DNA of 64,000 nucleotides from assembly GCA_951406725.2 (NCBI GenBank), contig OX597815.1, positions 124,992,001 through 125,056,000 on the forward strand, written 5' to 3'. The DNA comes from Octopus vulgaris (taxonomy: Eukaryota). Below, in pieces: positions 13,438-27,986 of this stretch. The translations under genes and the position numbers were made by a program. Position 1 is the stretch's first letter, and each line of letters starts with the position of its first letter. The notes below the pieces were generated by a model. It was not told the origin of the DNA, did no database searches, and saw nothing but the letters and a program-made list of their open reading frames with translations.

Positions 13438-16053
13438 AGTTGATCTTGTTAGCATTAACAGCTTTATTAGGAATCGATTATAACTTTTTACCTTCGACAT
13501 TTTTCTTCTCTTTCGCTTTTCATTTTTCGTTTCTTTACATTTAGTTTTTTAACTTGTGTGTCTATCTACCACCTCACATTGATTTTGTCAGCGACACAGA
13601 CCTCAATCTCACACAATGGACTTGATCTGTCAGTTGGAGGTAAAGCGATTTAACACCTCGTCGTCGTGTTTGATTGATCATGATATATGCGAGTTAAAGA
13701 ACAGATCACATAACATCGGGATCAATTATTCATTTGCCGTTTGTGAAATATAATGAAATGCGATTCAGTCAAGACTAATCCCATCAATTTAGTTGATAGC
13801 ACAATATCGATCAATACTTTACTTTCCCATCTCAGATATGTGTAATAGAGTAAATCACTTCTGTTTTCTTTCACAGCTACCCCTGGAATTATGTTATCAG
13901 TGTTATTTGCTTCAGGAGAGTGATCCAAGTTATACTCATAAGATTTGAGTCCATCATAGCAGATCACAAAAACACTCATTGACTATATATTAGAATGCTG
14001 TTGTAATCTGCGCATTAAATGACAAAAATTTACATTTAAGTAAATATTGTTACTGTTGTTTAGCCTCACGTCCTGACCTTGATCGAGTAGTCGCACAATC
14101 AAAGATATTCCAGTCATAACTATCCCGTATTTTTCCTGTGTGCGGGAAATCTAGAACAATATTATCTAATTTGTTGTTTTCTAAGACGGCGAGGTGTGAT
14201 TTGAAAGATATTTGGTTGCTATTTCTAATAGATCGAGAAACCACGCATAGCCTCCAAGTAAAACTGCCATAGATAAACTGCATTATTGGAGGTTATCAAA
14301 GCTTTGGAGAAAGTGTAATATCAACAACAGAATATGAATCGCTGACATTCTAATCGATAAAGTGACGCCCTACCAATTCTTTAAATTAGGTAGTTTAAGA
14401 ACTTCTAAACTGTCAGCCATAAACTTGGCCTAGTTTATTAACATAATCGATTTAAAATAATGTAGCTCAAGATATAACAGTCTTACGAGTAAGTTCGGAT
14501 CATAATACGGTTTCGATTCTCAATACCAACAATTGTAATGTGAAATAGTTTTAGCCAGAAACTGAAAACAAAGTGCAAATATACGATATTGTCAGAGACG
14601 GATAATGGTACTTGTAATCGGGAACAGTCATCTGGGGCTTCAAGTCTTGTCTTTGAGTTCTTCGAAATAAAATGAAACAATAAAAATAGAATTGAGATGA
14701 ATATTTTATTCTTGTATTTAATAATTTGTAATAAAAAGTATATTACTACATTTACATGCTTTACTACTTGTGGAAAATATTCAAAATACACACTTGTAAG
14801 CGTATCGAAATTCAGTTAAACTTTCTTGAAGATATTAGTCTTTCCGTTGACTGTGGTCCTAACTTGGCGTGAAATGGGCATTCAGTATTCATTTTGTCAG
14901 CTGAGTAGACTAAAGCAACATGAAGTGTCTTGTCCAATGATGCAATGTGCTATTGAAACCTAATCAGGAGCTCAGTTGCTTAAACACTAGGCCAGGCACT
15001 TTCTAGAAACTGTAAACCAGTAGCAAAAACAACTCACTGGCAGTTTACCCCTTGTTCTACGGCAATTACCAATGAAAATAGTTTCTCATGAACGAGCCAG
15101 TGTGTGAATGCTTATGTAGTTGCCTTGACCTGTCAGAGTAACCAGATTACATTCAATACGCCTTGCCAACCTAAAAAGACATGACACATCTGATAAGGGA
15201 GACCTAGATATTCTAAAAAAACAGGATAGTCACAAATGTAATATGCCTATTATGTCATATTTGTGAGATGAAGAGGCAGGCCCAAAGACCACCTCGGGTG
15301 ACGACAATTCTAGCTACGCCCCTGGGGATAGTCAAATTTCTAATGCATATCCATCGTAAATAACTGCTGCTATCATCGTTGTTAATACTCATGAGCTATC
15401 TGATCAGGTAGATTTATGATGAAAAGATATTCAGTTAAGGTCGTCTCATATTTTTAGATAGCACATTTGATTATACATTAGTAGTTATATTTTTTTATTA
15501 AGGCGATGGAATTAGGGCTGACTTAGGTCTAAATAACTATTCTCAATAGTATTAATTTTTATATAGAACTGTTTCTCTAGTAAAAGTTATGTGTTCCCCT
15601 TTAAGTTACCTCAAGAGTAGAAAATTTAAACGGCTCATACTTAATGTTACTTTCATTAAGGTAATTAATATGTCGACCCTGAATAATCAATGATTAAGAT
15701 TTTACACGTTATTTTACATAGGTCACTATCAATGCATGTTACACCTATCTTATCTTTTATTAGATCAGCCTTCACGTGACAAATTAATCCCTATATACAT
15801 ACATGTGGTTGTGCATGAGCGTAACCAGATTTCAATCTAGGAGTTCTCCATTACTAAAATGATCCGCTATCTTCTGTCTAATTTACGGAGAGAAAAAACA
15901 CATAAAATTGAAATATAATGTTAGATAATCATATTTTCCTGGAGTTACGGTTGTAGACTGGGTTTCCGAACTTGAACTCTCACAGGCTGTGTATAAATCC
16001 ACAATAGTTATATATAGAATCCGAAGATCATGGGCAGACTTTATGCCTAACAT

Positions 16054-16056
<3 letters not shown>

Positions 16057-16116
<60 letters not shown>
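16057..16116. repeat. (GA)n microsatellite
   Basis: Direct. Confidence 0.95.
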
Positions 16117-16119
<3 letters not shown>

Positions 16120-18876
16120 TGGTGCAGTGAAAAGAACAAAATTGTCTAAACAATGCACTCTGTTTCAGTAATAACTAATCTTAGGAATACAAACATATAA
16201 TTATGGAAACAGTGTTGTTTACACATCTAGAGTGAAAGTTTTAACATTTAATATCGACTAATAAGCATTATGCAACCTAACGGAAAGAAACTTACGTTGT
16301 AAGATATTTTCGTCTTTATAGCTCTTCCGCTTCATTCGTTGCATTTATCCTTCTAGACTAATGTCTGGACTTCCATAATTCTAACCAACTCTTTCTCTCC
16401 TATTTCTGCAACCTCATCTGACATAAATTATGATAACAAGCTGTCATTAACACTAAGATGACACACTACCATGATGTCTTCCAACTGTGTCAGAAATCCT
16501 TGTTCTTTGTCAGCTTACTCATAATCCAGAACATTTGCTCATCTATGTATTTTTCTCGATTTCTAAAATTATAACTTAATTTCAAGACAAAAAACATGAT
16601 ACATTTTTTCATTTCTCTTTCTGCATCTTCTTCCAACACGAAAGAATACGCTTGTTCTTTTCTGTATTTTTTCTACCTCCGTCTTCTCCCTCTTATGCTC
16701 CTTTTATATTATATTCAACTTCATCTTTTCCCTTGTCTTTTCTCATAGTTTCTTGATTGTTATTGTTATTTCTTGCTTCCTTTTTCTTCTTCCTCCTTTC
16801 TTTTCTTATTCAACATATTCTGCTTCCTCCTCTTCTGGTTGCTGTTATTATTATTGTTTTTTTTCTTTGCCTTTTCGCTTTTCTTGTTTCATCCTCTTTT
16901 AGTTTTTCTTGTATTATTTGTTCCTTTTCTTTTCTTTCTCTATATTCTTGTTCTCCTCCTCTCAGCTGTAATCATATCCATTTATCCTTCTATACTTATT
17001 ATTTTTATGTATATTATTATATATTTAATTTTATATATCTGTTTCATTTATTAATTCAATTTTAACATTTAATTTCACTATATCTATATATATATTATTT
17101 CATTAATTGAAGTTATTTATTGATATTCTAAGTTTATTTTATTTATTACATTTTATTTTTTTAAAAGATATCAGTGGTGTGTGAGAGACTAGAGTACTGG
17201 TTCGTGTGTCCCTGGCTCTTTAGATTCTGATATTAATCCTGGTCAAGGTCGACTTTCTTTTATCTCTAAAGCATAGATAAATAGACACCGGCTTTTAATG
17301 AGGTGTAGCCCTGAACAGTCCTAAGAGAGCGGTCCTTATCGAGTAAACATATTTCATGCAGATGGCAAATTAGCAGAGTTGTTAGAGCATCGAACAAAAT
17401 GCCGCGAGGCATTTATTCCATCAACTTGAGTTCTGAGTTCAACTTTGTTTTTCATCCTTCTTATTTTCTTCTATAAATAAAGAACCAGTTGTCAGAGGGT
17501 TGGATAGGATGCTTTCTAGTACTTGTTCCTGGTCTTTGCGTTCTGAGTTCAACCCTGCCCCGCGGCCTACTTTGGAAGGTGGGGTATATTTAAATCGTTG
17601 TCAGGTTTAATACCACTACCTGTTCCTTGGGTTCCTTTAGTGGAGTTTACTCGATTTCGAACAATCGATCCTAGTTTCTGGTTTGAGACTACCGTCCTTT
17701 CTCCCTCTTACCAGGCTGAAGGCCATATAAAGGGCCATGGATACCTCCCTTCCCTTCTGACTATGAAATAAAAGGTGGTCGGTCGAATGATCACCTATGA
17801 TTCTTAGATCCATTTTTTATACATGCCATATGCAGTGATTATCACTGAGGTGCAGTGAGACGATTTGGGCAAGTTGTATTTTCTTCAAGAAATAATTTGT
17901 TCCTATATATACTAACAAAAGTGTAACCTGTCATATGTCAAGTAATGTTGAGATCATACTTTTCCCCCTGTTAGTAGTATAACTTAATGTTTCATGTGCA
18001 AGTCATTTATATTTAAACAGTATTATGTATGCATGTTGCTGTCGCGTAGCCCTAATTCATTTCTGATTGGACACATGTATTATCGGTCGAACAACTGTAG
18101 AACTATAGATCATTAACGAGTAATTTACAGAATAAGTAAAAGTAAATGGATTTCCACCAGTTGGGTATTCAGTTGCTTCATCGACTGAATTACCTACTCT
18201 TTGAATTACAGTATATGAGGTTGAGTATTCTACTAACTTGTGTATCCTCAACGTAAACCATAGATATGTCTGTCATCCATCCGATGAGCTTCTATAGAGT
18301 TTACGTCTTTCCAATAGTAAAATACACTTGTAGAAGATATTATTAATGCGATCGAACCCTAGCTTCTGATTGCGCTGCTTGAACGGATTCCTGTGTGTCT
18401 TTGTCGCCATCCAATTCTACTCGGTATGAAACTGAAGTGGAAGCTTGAATCATTATCAATCTTATCTGATTACACAATCATAGGCGCCGCTGCTATGGAA
18501 ACGTTGCAGTTACTCTAGAGCTTGGTGATCCTGACTTTCGATCTTCTAGGATTCCTCCACTCAGCCTCGATGTAAGAAGCACCGTTGATTCAGTTATGCT
18601 CTTCCGCTACCTTTTCGCAGTCAGCTATGCTGCAGTCTCATGACTTCGCTGTACCCCTGGCAGGGTGGCTAAACAGGTGTTATGCCTTACCAGAGGGCAA
18701 CCCGTAACTATGTAAAGGCACATGGGTCACTCTGAGGTATTTTCATAATACCCGCATACTTAGACTCAGCAGAGACAAAATCGAAATGCACCAAAATGAA
18801 ACTAAATTTAAAAAATAGCATAAAGCAATACAGAATCACTTACATGGCATTTTATTAAACACTTCTGAGCAGTAAT

Positions 18877-19109
18877 TACCTTATCTTTCCGCGTACAAGA
18901 CATGCTCTCGCATAAGACACGCCTCTATTTTACATATATCTTTTGGAAAAAAAAACAAATTTAGTATGTTATGTCATATAACTAGTGAAAGATATTTAAA
19001 AATGGTTTTGTAAGGGGAAAATGTATGATTATGTACATATAAATACAATATTTTGACATTTAAAATTGGAAAAAAAAGATGTGTGGATTATTAGCCGGCA
19101 GTTACGGTA
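18877..19109. mobile_element. Probable pogo/Tc2-like MITE
   Basis: Ends TACC(T)TA...TACGGTA with imperfect TIRs. Confidence 0.4.
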
Positions 19110-21052
19110 GTTGTCACCCTTTGCAAGTGTCTCCAAGAGAAGTTTGGAAAAGCGGAACAAGTATGCTTTCGGGTCATGGAAGAGAGGAGTCCTCTTAAAA
19201 TTCAAAAGAGCTGTAATTCTTTTCTGCTGCTATTTTTAGGAGAGAGGCTTGGCAGATTGTCACAGACTCCTTCTTGGCTTTCTGTATACTGGACTAATGT
19301 ATCGGCGGAACACCCCTCCCCGGCTCGTACAGACCCCTTTTCTTAGTTGTAGAGATTCTATGTTGCTTACTCACTCATATCCTCGAGAAAGACACTAATG
19401 TCATAGAATCTTATTTTCTTCTCGATACATCCTCCTAAATGAAGCTGATAATGATTTCATATGCATTCACTCTATTTTATTTCCTAGTTATGATTATTTC
19501 ACTTCACTTATTCAATGTGTCCCGCGCCTCTTCTCCAAACTATCAAACATCACCTACAACTTTAGTTGTTGAACAATTATCTCCCCTATAATTTTAACTA
19601 TGTCAACTTCTGCCAGACGTTTACTCCTGAACAAAGATCGAAACACGTAGATGTATCATAATAAGCATACTTACGTGAGAGCCACCAGATCTAAGGTGGG
19701 AAATGTATTCCATTGTATCTATTAAACTTACAGATCAACAGCACAATACATTTCAGTGTCATTTAATCATTAAGCAAAACTTTCCAATGTGAATTTATTT
19801 CAAAATTAGGAAAATATGTTTTAATAAATTTTAATAATTAAGTATTCTTTCAAAACATTTTGGTTTTTATTGGCATCAACAAATAATGTTAACGCACCAG
19901 CGGTTTTATTAGATAAAATTCAACGACGGATATAACTAAAACGACAACCGGATTCAATGAATACACCAAATAGCCAGTCTTTACAATGAAGCAAAAGTTA
20001 CTTATATAGGAACGACATAGTATTCACTAACTTGCATATTAACAGATTTCATACTTTAAAACATGATGGTGTGAGCAGTTTTTAATTTAATAACTGGCAG
20101 TACAGGAAGGATTTGTGATGAAATATTCACGTCGGGAGTGTCTGCATGAAAACATAATCAAATTATCTGATGTCCTCGTCTAACTTTGGCCAGAAGCCTT
20201 TCAAATGAGAAAGCATAAATAACATTCTCATCACATTTTGGCTAACTCTTTTCAGACATGTTAGTGCATGAGCATGTATGACTGAGACAAACTGAGATAA
20301 AAGTTATTTGTATTTTTTTGTTTGTTTGTTTGTTTTGATTCAATCGAAAAGTGAAAACAGATGTTTCAGATTTTAGGCAAGCAAAGCCAAGAAATAGTGA
20401 TAAGAAAGAGTTATTACGAGTAAAAGAAAAACCTTGCACTTCCCTTTTAATCTGGATTTTAAGTAAAGCCTAAATAGAGGAAGTTAGATTTAAATCTGTC
20501 AATATAAGTAAATTACAAAAATTGTTTCGCTGACTCATAAGATTCATTCAGTAAACTTTATAGTATAAACTGATACAAGTAGATAAAAGTAGATAATGTT
20601 GTCATATCAAGAGATTGGTTTAACCTTTTTATCGATAGCAACCCGCTTCTGATGGATATTTCAAATGCAAAAGGACTTGGTAATTGTGTCTCTCACAAAA
20701 ACGTAATGGCGGAAGATGTGTTCACAAGTTATAGGCTGCTATGCTATTTAACACTCATCTTGTTTATCATACAATTTATTAATCATGTAGGGCATTTCAA
20801 AAAAGCTTCGAACTCAATAAATCATTTGCATATCGTCGCACGTAATGAACATGTTTCGTTGGTTGAGTATATCTTTAAATTACCTTTCTTTACAAAGGAG
20901 AGTAACGGCAAAGTGTGACAACTGCTGTAACTATCACCTAATAATCCACATATTTTTCTTATTTTCTTTTCTAATTTTTTAAATATATCAAACAATCAAG
21001 AAAGCATCCTTGTATTGTTGGAAAGATTTTGTCTGATGTGTGTGTGTGGGGG

Positions 21053-21114
<62 letters not shown>

Positions 21115-21843
21115 CGTTTAGGCATTGCAATATGAATAATCTGTTATTAGAAATCACTAAACATGTGCTTCAGAATAAAGCGTAAGGTGAGTACAGAGCG
21201 TAAACTGAAATTGAGGGATTGATAAGAGAAAAGAAATTATGTAATCAACTTCATCGGCATATTATTGTTTATGCTATTAGGTGCAGTGCACTCAAAGCTA
21301 AGTGCTTGTGAAGCACACTGTAGTTTCCTCGGACCTAGAGAGAGAGAGTGGGGAAATGGTAAAAACATAATATTGAAAGTGAACAGTAAAAGCAACATTT
21401 GATATTGAAATATATTAGAACTGAACTTTTCATTAATTTATTATCATTTTAAATTGATCGAAAAGGTTGTTTAGAGTTTTTGTTACACGTAGTAAATACA
21501 CTTACCTGACGACAGTTCCATTTGAGACCGCGACCTGTTCACTGACTTCAACATTTGGTGAAGTGAATCTTACGGTTTAGTGTGTTTCTTAAAACACCTT
21601 CCACGCTGCAATTGTTTTCGTTCCACCACACGATCTCAGATCAAGTCACTCGCTATGCAAGTACATCTCCGTAATATATATATATATATATATATAAGCC
21701 ATTTAAGAAAGACACGATCTCAGATCAGGTCACTTGCTATGGAAGTACATCTCCGTAATATATATATATATTATTCTTAAACAAGAATATTATTGTCAAT
21801 GACTTCGAAGATTCATTCACTTATGCAATCGTCATAAGTACAA

Positions 21844-21897
<54 letters not shown>

Positions 21898-22146
21898 GAA
21901 TATGTGTGTACAGTAATGCCTCGATATACGAGTGGATTTTTCTTGGAGGCCGCTCGTAAAGCGAAAACTCGTAAAGCAGAGCAACGATTCCCAATAGTAG
22001 CGATGTTATAAATCGTAATTCGTTCCCAGAAAAAATATTTACTTCCGCCAAGGAAGTAGGTCACGTTTTCGTCGGCGTTGGTTTGTCCGTCTGTGTCCAA
22101 AATGACTCAAAAAGTTGTGAACGGTATTTGGTGAAACTTGCAGGAA

Positions 22147-22356
22147 AAGTTAGTTAGTTAGTTAGTTAGTTAATTTGGCTCAAAAGCAAATAGCAAGGCC
22201 ATGTAGGGGGACATGGAGTTAAGTACAGGGTGGTGTTCATGTAAAGAGTTCAGGCCACTTGAGGTCAAGGGAGGCTTTGAACAAAGCGGTCGTCGGCATC
22301 TTCACCATCTCGTCTGGCAGCTTGTTCCACGGATCCGCAACCCGGACGGAGAAAGC
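22147..22356 (-). mobile_element. CR1-clade LINE 3' fragment with (TAAC)n tail
   Basis: Minus strand translates AFSVRVADPWNKLPDEMVKMPTTALFKASLD (CR1 C-terminal motif), followed by a short-repeat tail. Confidence 0.8.
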
Positions 22357-22545
22357 TCTGGATCCCTAGATGATCAACCCCAACAAATACCAGATAAACC
22401 ACCCACACGTGGATATGTCTCTGAAAACAATAATCCTGTGCTTGAAAGGGCTACGGTTTCCCAGAGCTGACTGTGTATCTCTTCCAGGTGGTGCTATTAA
22501 ATTAGACATGGACTGAGTCAACTTCGGCTGAAAGTAATCTGATCG
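22357..22545 (+). mobile_element. CR1-clade LINE 3' fragment (second family)
   Basis: QQIPDKPPTRGYVSENNN and 3'UTR caggtggtgctattaaattagacatgg match the 34974-36362 element. Confidence 0.75.
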
Positions 22546-23489
22546 ACGCTGTAACCTTTTAATCAAAGCATGACAACATAGGTAGAGGATGAATGACATC
22601 ATAACATTTCTGATGGTCTCAAGTATAAAAAAAAAATTATTAAAGACTTATATAGAACTACATTCAGAGTATATCTATAAGCTGTTGTGTTTAGACCTGG
22701 TTTCTATCTTCAAACTGTTCCGTTTTGTAGATGCATTTTTTTTTTAATAAAGCACTCCGAAATTAGAAAAATCAAAAATCTGCAACAATCTCGGTCCCAT
22801 AAGTATTGGATAATGGATTTTCAACTGTGTAAAGAAACTGATTATGGTGATCGTAGTTTTTACGGTGATTGTAGTGAAAGCAGAGTCAGTGTTGAGGATG
22901 ACGATGGTCGAGATGAGTATGGGAGGCTATGTTTTTGCCGGCGTTGGTTTGGGAAATTGGCCGATTTTCAGCATGCATGTATAGGGGTGGAAATAAGCTG
23001 CTTGGCAGAGGTCTGCGCTCTCCGAGTGCTTTTCTAGTTTACCGATAAAATTTATAATACCTGAAAATAAATCGCAGTAAAACAATAGTAGAATGTAAAG
23101 AATATTTTATGTAAAGTAATAAGAATGTCAATATCATTTATAATAAAAAATATTATAATCATTATCGTTTTCTGAATCACTTTCACTCACGCTAGACTCG
23201 CGCACACCATCACTTGTAGAAGCGATCGCCGATTCACAAGCACTTGTAGACGGGCTTATAGATTTCGTTTTGAAAAACAAGTCGATAGTTGTTTGCTAGG
23301 AAGTTTTTTTTCGTTATCTATAAATTTCTCGGCAACAAGCAGAAGCATTTGCACTCCGTTCAAAATTTGGATCTTGTGCTTGAAAATATAAAACTCGTAA
23401 ACCCGGGGTCTCGTAAAGCGGGTCCACATAGAGTGAGGTATTACTGTATGCAGATTTATACATATACATACACATACATATGTGCACAC

Positions 23490-23609
<120 letters not shown>

Positions 23610-24917
23610 TGCGTAGTAACAGAAACAGGTGATGACACTCTGCCGTTCGCATAATCTCCGAGGCATGTAATGATAACTGAATGGCTCACAGCTGTGTGGC
23701 AAGGAAAACCGGATAAAACTCGAAATTGCATCTCTCTAGAACAGCTTCCTGTTGTTCGTATAATGTTCTGCCAGAGAGCCATTCCGAGCATATTTTTCCC
23801 TGGTTTATATACTGTAACTGGAAACAGATCTCAACTCAATACAGTGTCTTGACAACTGAAGTGGCCCTTGTCGCATTTTCCAAATGGCAAATTATATTAC
23901 AATATGAAGTGTGAATAGGAGGTCGCATAGTTTATTCTTTTACTTTGTTACATGTTTCAGTCATTCAACTACGGTCATGCTGGAGCAGAATCTCGAAAAT
24001 TCTAGCTTAATGAAATTGATACTCATAGTTATTTTGAAGTCTGGTAATTATGCAAACGGTCGTTTTTTGGGGGTTTTTTTTGCAGTATTGCTAGGTTACT
24101 TGAACGTACGAAGACTTACAACGTTATTTCTCAAGCGGTTAGAGACAAACACAAAGATAGACATACGCGCACTTGTACACATGCGCGCGCGCGTGTGCAT
24201 TTATGTATACATGTACGCAACAGGCTTCCGCGCAGTTTCCGTCTATTGAATTTGCATTGTTCGGTGTCATTGCAGAAGACTTGTCAAAAGTATTGTGCAG
24301 TGGAATTGAACCTGAAGTCACATGATGAAGCGAAGTCCTTAACCACACAGTCATAAGCAATAATTATTTCTAATTTAGGTAGAAAAACTAGTAATTCTGA
24401 GATGGGTGGGGAGGAGGTAATCGTTATAACCAACTCCGGTACTTGACAGGTACACTATATCATCGACCCCCAGGTGTATGAAAGGCAAAGTTGACCTTGG
24501 CCGAATTTGAAGTTACGACGAAAATACCGCAAGGCATTTTCCCGACGCTCTAATTATTCTGCCATCTCGTCACCTTGGAAGGATAAAATGCAAAGCTAAC
24601 CTCTGTGAGATTTGATCTCTGAGTGCGACGAATCAGAACAATGCCTGACGTTCTAACGATTCTGCTAATTCGTACTCATTGTCAGTTATAGCTAACAATA
24701 GATTCTGATTTAGACACAAAGCCAACAATTTCGAGATGAGGTGATTAGTTGAAACCATCAGCTTCTCCCCAAACTTGGTGATACCTTATCGACCCCTACA
24801 AACGATGAAAGGCAAAGTTGACCAGGGTAGGAAAGGGATCAGAACTTACTGAGCGGGAGGAAATACCGCAAGGCATTTATTTCGGAGTTCTAATGATTCT
24901 GCCAGCATATAGCCTTA

Positions 24918-25126
24918 CGAGGGTGTGTTGAAAAGTTCTTGGCTTTGGGTGAAAGAAAATACAGGAGGATCAATAAATTATGATTTGTTGATCATATTCC
25001 CCTCTCAGATTCACACACTTATTGCAACAGTCCTTCAGTCTTCCGGTAAAAGAACTCGGCAGGCTGGGCCTCTAACCAGGTCTTTCGCGATACCCTTAAA
25101 GCTAGGAACTTTTCAGCACCCCTTCG
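24918..25126. mobile_element. Tc1/mariner-type MITE (copy of 8431)
   Basis: TA-cgagggtgtgttgaaaagtt...aacttttcagcaccccttcg-TA. Confidence 0.8.
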
Positions 25127-25194
25127 TATAGCCATTTCTTATAAAATAAAATACAGAAATTTAAACTATAAAAACTATACAAAAATTAAACTGT

Positions 25195-25405
25195 GGCGCA
25201 AGAGTAGCTGTGTGGTAAGAAGCTTGCTTCCCAACCACATGGTTCCGAGTTCAGTCCTACTGCGTGGCATCTTGAGCAAGTGTCTTCTACTATAGCCTAG
25301 GGCAGACCAAAGCCTTGTGAGTGAATTTGGTAGACGGAAAGTGAAAGAAGCTCGTTGTATATATATATATATGTGTGTGTGTGTTTGTGGTCTGTGTTTG
25401 TCACC
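25195..25405 (+). mobile_element. tRNA-derived SINE
   Basis: A-box tagctgtgtggtaag, B-box-like gagttcagtcc, shared family body. Confidence 0.8.
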
Positions 25406-25654
25406 TCACTTTCTCAGTGGTACACCTAAGGAAAAATTACCTTAATTTTTTTTAGGAGTCCGACTCACTTGATGCGGCCCACCTGATGATGAGTCATGCC
25501 TCATGCAGTCCGCCTGATTATGATAACGTCTCATCTGACCTACGTCTTGATAAAGGTTGTCCATGCCTGCTCTTAATCGTCATATTTCTATACCACATAA
25601 CATTACCGATTCCCGTTACTTAACGTAAATAAACATCATGTGTAATATCCTTTT

Positions 25655-25856
25655 CTACTCTAGGCACAAGGCCGAACATTTTAGGGACGGGTGCTAGTCG
25701 ATTACATTGACCCCAGTGCTCAACTGGCACTTATATGTTATCGACTCCGAAAAGATGAAAGGCAAAGTCAACCCCGGTGCAATTTGAACTCGAAGCGTAG
25801 CGAAATACCGCTAAGCACTTCGTCCAGCGTGCTAACGATTCTGCCAGCTCGCCACA
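25655..25856 (-). mobile_element. SINE (family of 4392)
   Basis: Reverse complement of ggcgagctggcagaatcgttagcacg. Confidence 0.75.
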
Positions 25857-26901
25857 TTAAAGTATCATATATATCATGTACATATAAGTACCGTGTACAA
25901 TACACTTAGAATCAACAACGAGACTGTATCATTACTATGTCTCAACAACATCGAGTTAAAATGCTTGCATGGATATAACTTGAACAGTAATATTCTGGCT
26001 GATTTAGAAGCACTACAAGAAGACGAAATCTTCAAGCAATCTCACTCATCTTAAAGAAATACCAAACACACTCACAGATTCTTTGATTCATGTTCTCATA
26101 ACGATAATTTCCTTTACTTGTAAGCATTTTCCTTTTAACTAACGACTGAACGTGAAGGCGAGTGGCCTAGGAGTTTGTGTGTTACACTCGTGATCGTAAG
26201 ATAACAGTTTGGATTCTCAGACCGGGCGGTGAATGTTGTTCTTGATAAAAAGACTTCATTTCACGTTACACCAGTCCACTCAATTGTAAATGAATGCCAG
26301 CAATAGCTCGGAAGTAGACCCTACGATGGACCGGCATCCTTTTCAAGAGACAGTGTTGTAATTTCAGTCACAAATATACCATGGAAACCGGTTTAAGCTA
26401 ATGATGGAACCAGGTGTCAGGGTAAGTTACAGATTAGTATTATTTTTTTTACCAAGTATTTACTTTTGAGGTTCAGAATTAGTAGAATGACAGGAAAACT
26501 ATACATAAAGACACTCTCTGCATGGAATCTTAATACTAACATTGCTTAATGTAATAAACCATGTGATTTTAGATAACTAAAATGTATACCCTTAGTGAAC
26601 CAAATGACTAAATGTAATCCCAAAAAGTAAGGGAGATAACTTAAAAATGATGCTAATCAGTTGAAATAAATTAAATTTGAAATGTAGTGGTGCAGTTATT
26701 CTGATCAGTACGGTATACTCGGTGCATAGTTCAGCTTTATTAAACCTAGCAATTACTAAAAGTTTACATTATTAAATATGTAATTGTAATTAAATAAAAT
26801 CTTTTGGCTTACTAAGCTTTGGCCTACTTTGTATTAAATTTTCATGCTGCTGGTGTCCCTTTGTATTTACTACAGCCACCTTTGTATGTTAATTATGTTC
26901 A

Positions 26902-26944
<43 letters not shown>

Positions 26945-27217
26945 CTGGACTTCCCCTATTTATTCTAAGGTTTTGCCATAATATTTAGACTATGCTTCAC
27001 TAAAGATCAGATAAGACCGAAACATGTTCAGCGCTGAATTGACTCACTACCAATTTTTGGATTGCGTTTTTTTTAAAGCCAGAATCAGTCATTAAAAAAA
27101 AGATTACTGATTTCATCCCTATTTCTATACATTTACGTTACTTGTGGCTTTTAGAAAAGCCCGAACATAGCTACTTACTGTATACTTAATAAATCTAAAG
27201 TTTTGTTTCTTAACAGC

Positions 27218-27256
<39 letters not shown>

Positions 27257-27312
27257 ACATTATTGGTGAATTGAAGAAATGGAGCTGAACGCAGATTGAA
27301 CAGAAATCGTTT

Positions 27313-27406
27313 TATTTCATTCTACACGTGTTTCGAAAGGCACAAATTACCAAAATCCGATGGAATAATGGGACCATATTGTGTCTTTCTCTTCAGGAAG
27401 AAAATA
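27313..27406 (-). ncRNA. Type I hammerhead ribozyme (inverted copy)
   Basis: Exact reverse complement of 27686-27779. Confidence 0.8.
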
Positions 27407-27685
27407 GGAAATCCGTTGGAAAAACAAAAACAGAACAGAGGCGGAGCAAAAACAAATCGAACTATGCTCCTAAGAGCCCATGGCGAAACATTGATAAAGA
27501 GATAATTTAATTAATGAACTAATAACATTCCCGTTTCATCATGTCATAAAATTAGGAACGAAAATTTAGATATAATAGATATTCCACAATTCCAACCTCA
27601 GAGTTTCGCCATGGGCTCTTAGGAGCATAGTTCGATTTGTTTTTGCTCCGCCTCTGTTCTGTTTTTGTTTTTCCAACGGATTTCC

Positions 27686-27779
27686 TATTTTCTTCCTGAA
27701 GAGAAAGACACAATATGGTCCCATTATTCCATCGGATTTTGGTAATTTGTGCCTTTCGAAACACGTGTAGAATGAAATA
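27686..27779 (+). ncRNA. Type I hammerhead ribozyme with palindromic stem III
   Basis: Stem I TTTC-TTC / GAA-T-GAAA; core CTGAAGA 27696-27702; stem II GAAAGACACAA / TTGTGCCTTTC; GAAAC 27758-27762; loop ACGT; cleavage triplet GTA 27767-27769. Confidence 0.82.
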
Positions 27780-27986
27780 AAACGATTTCTGTTCAATCTG
27801 CGTTCAGCTCCATTTCTTCAATTCACCAATAATGTTCTAATTTCAATTATCCGCACCAACGCACGGTTGCAACACCATATGGTTGTACCTCCAACCGTGC
27901 TGTTTTACTGCTGTGATTTTTGCTACTAAGGTATCGGTTAAACTTTTGATTAATCTACTACAAGATTATTCATCTTTCTATTTCAC

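Larger units (their letters stand above)
22039..23040 (+). mobile_element. Helentron/HINE-like element pieces nested in the MITE
   Basis: 5' acttccgccaagg and 3' cttggcagaggtctgcgctctccgagtgcttttctag match 9188-9562. Confidence 0.6.
21911..23446. mobile_element. pogo/Tigger-like MITE split by nested insertions
   Basis: TIR CAGTAATGCCTC / GAGGTATTACTG, TA on both sides, subterminal ctcgtaaagc repeats. Confidence 0.75.

Noticed and set aside
19621-19656. CTGAACA...GATCGAAACACGTA hammerhead-like remnant
   Set aside because: G8 is mutated and there is no stem II; possibly a decayed PLE HHR but unsupportable.
21501-21770. CTGACGA in a repeat ending at (TA)n with a duplicated 3' end
   Set aside because: No GAAA or stem III downstream; only the ~50-bp tandem duplication is certain.
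26991-27036. CTAAAGA...GACCGAAACATGTTC between two (TA)n tracts
   Set aside because: Core is mutated and stems I and II do not pair convincingly.
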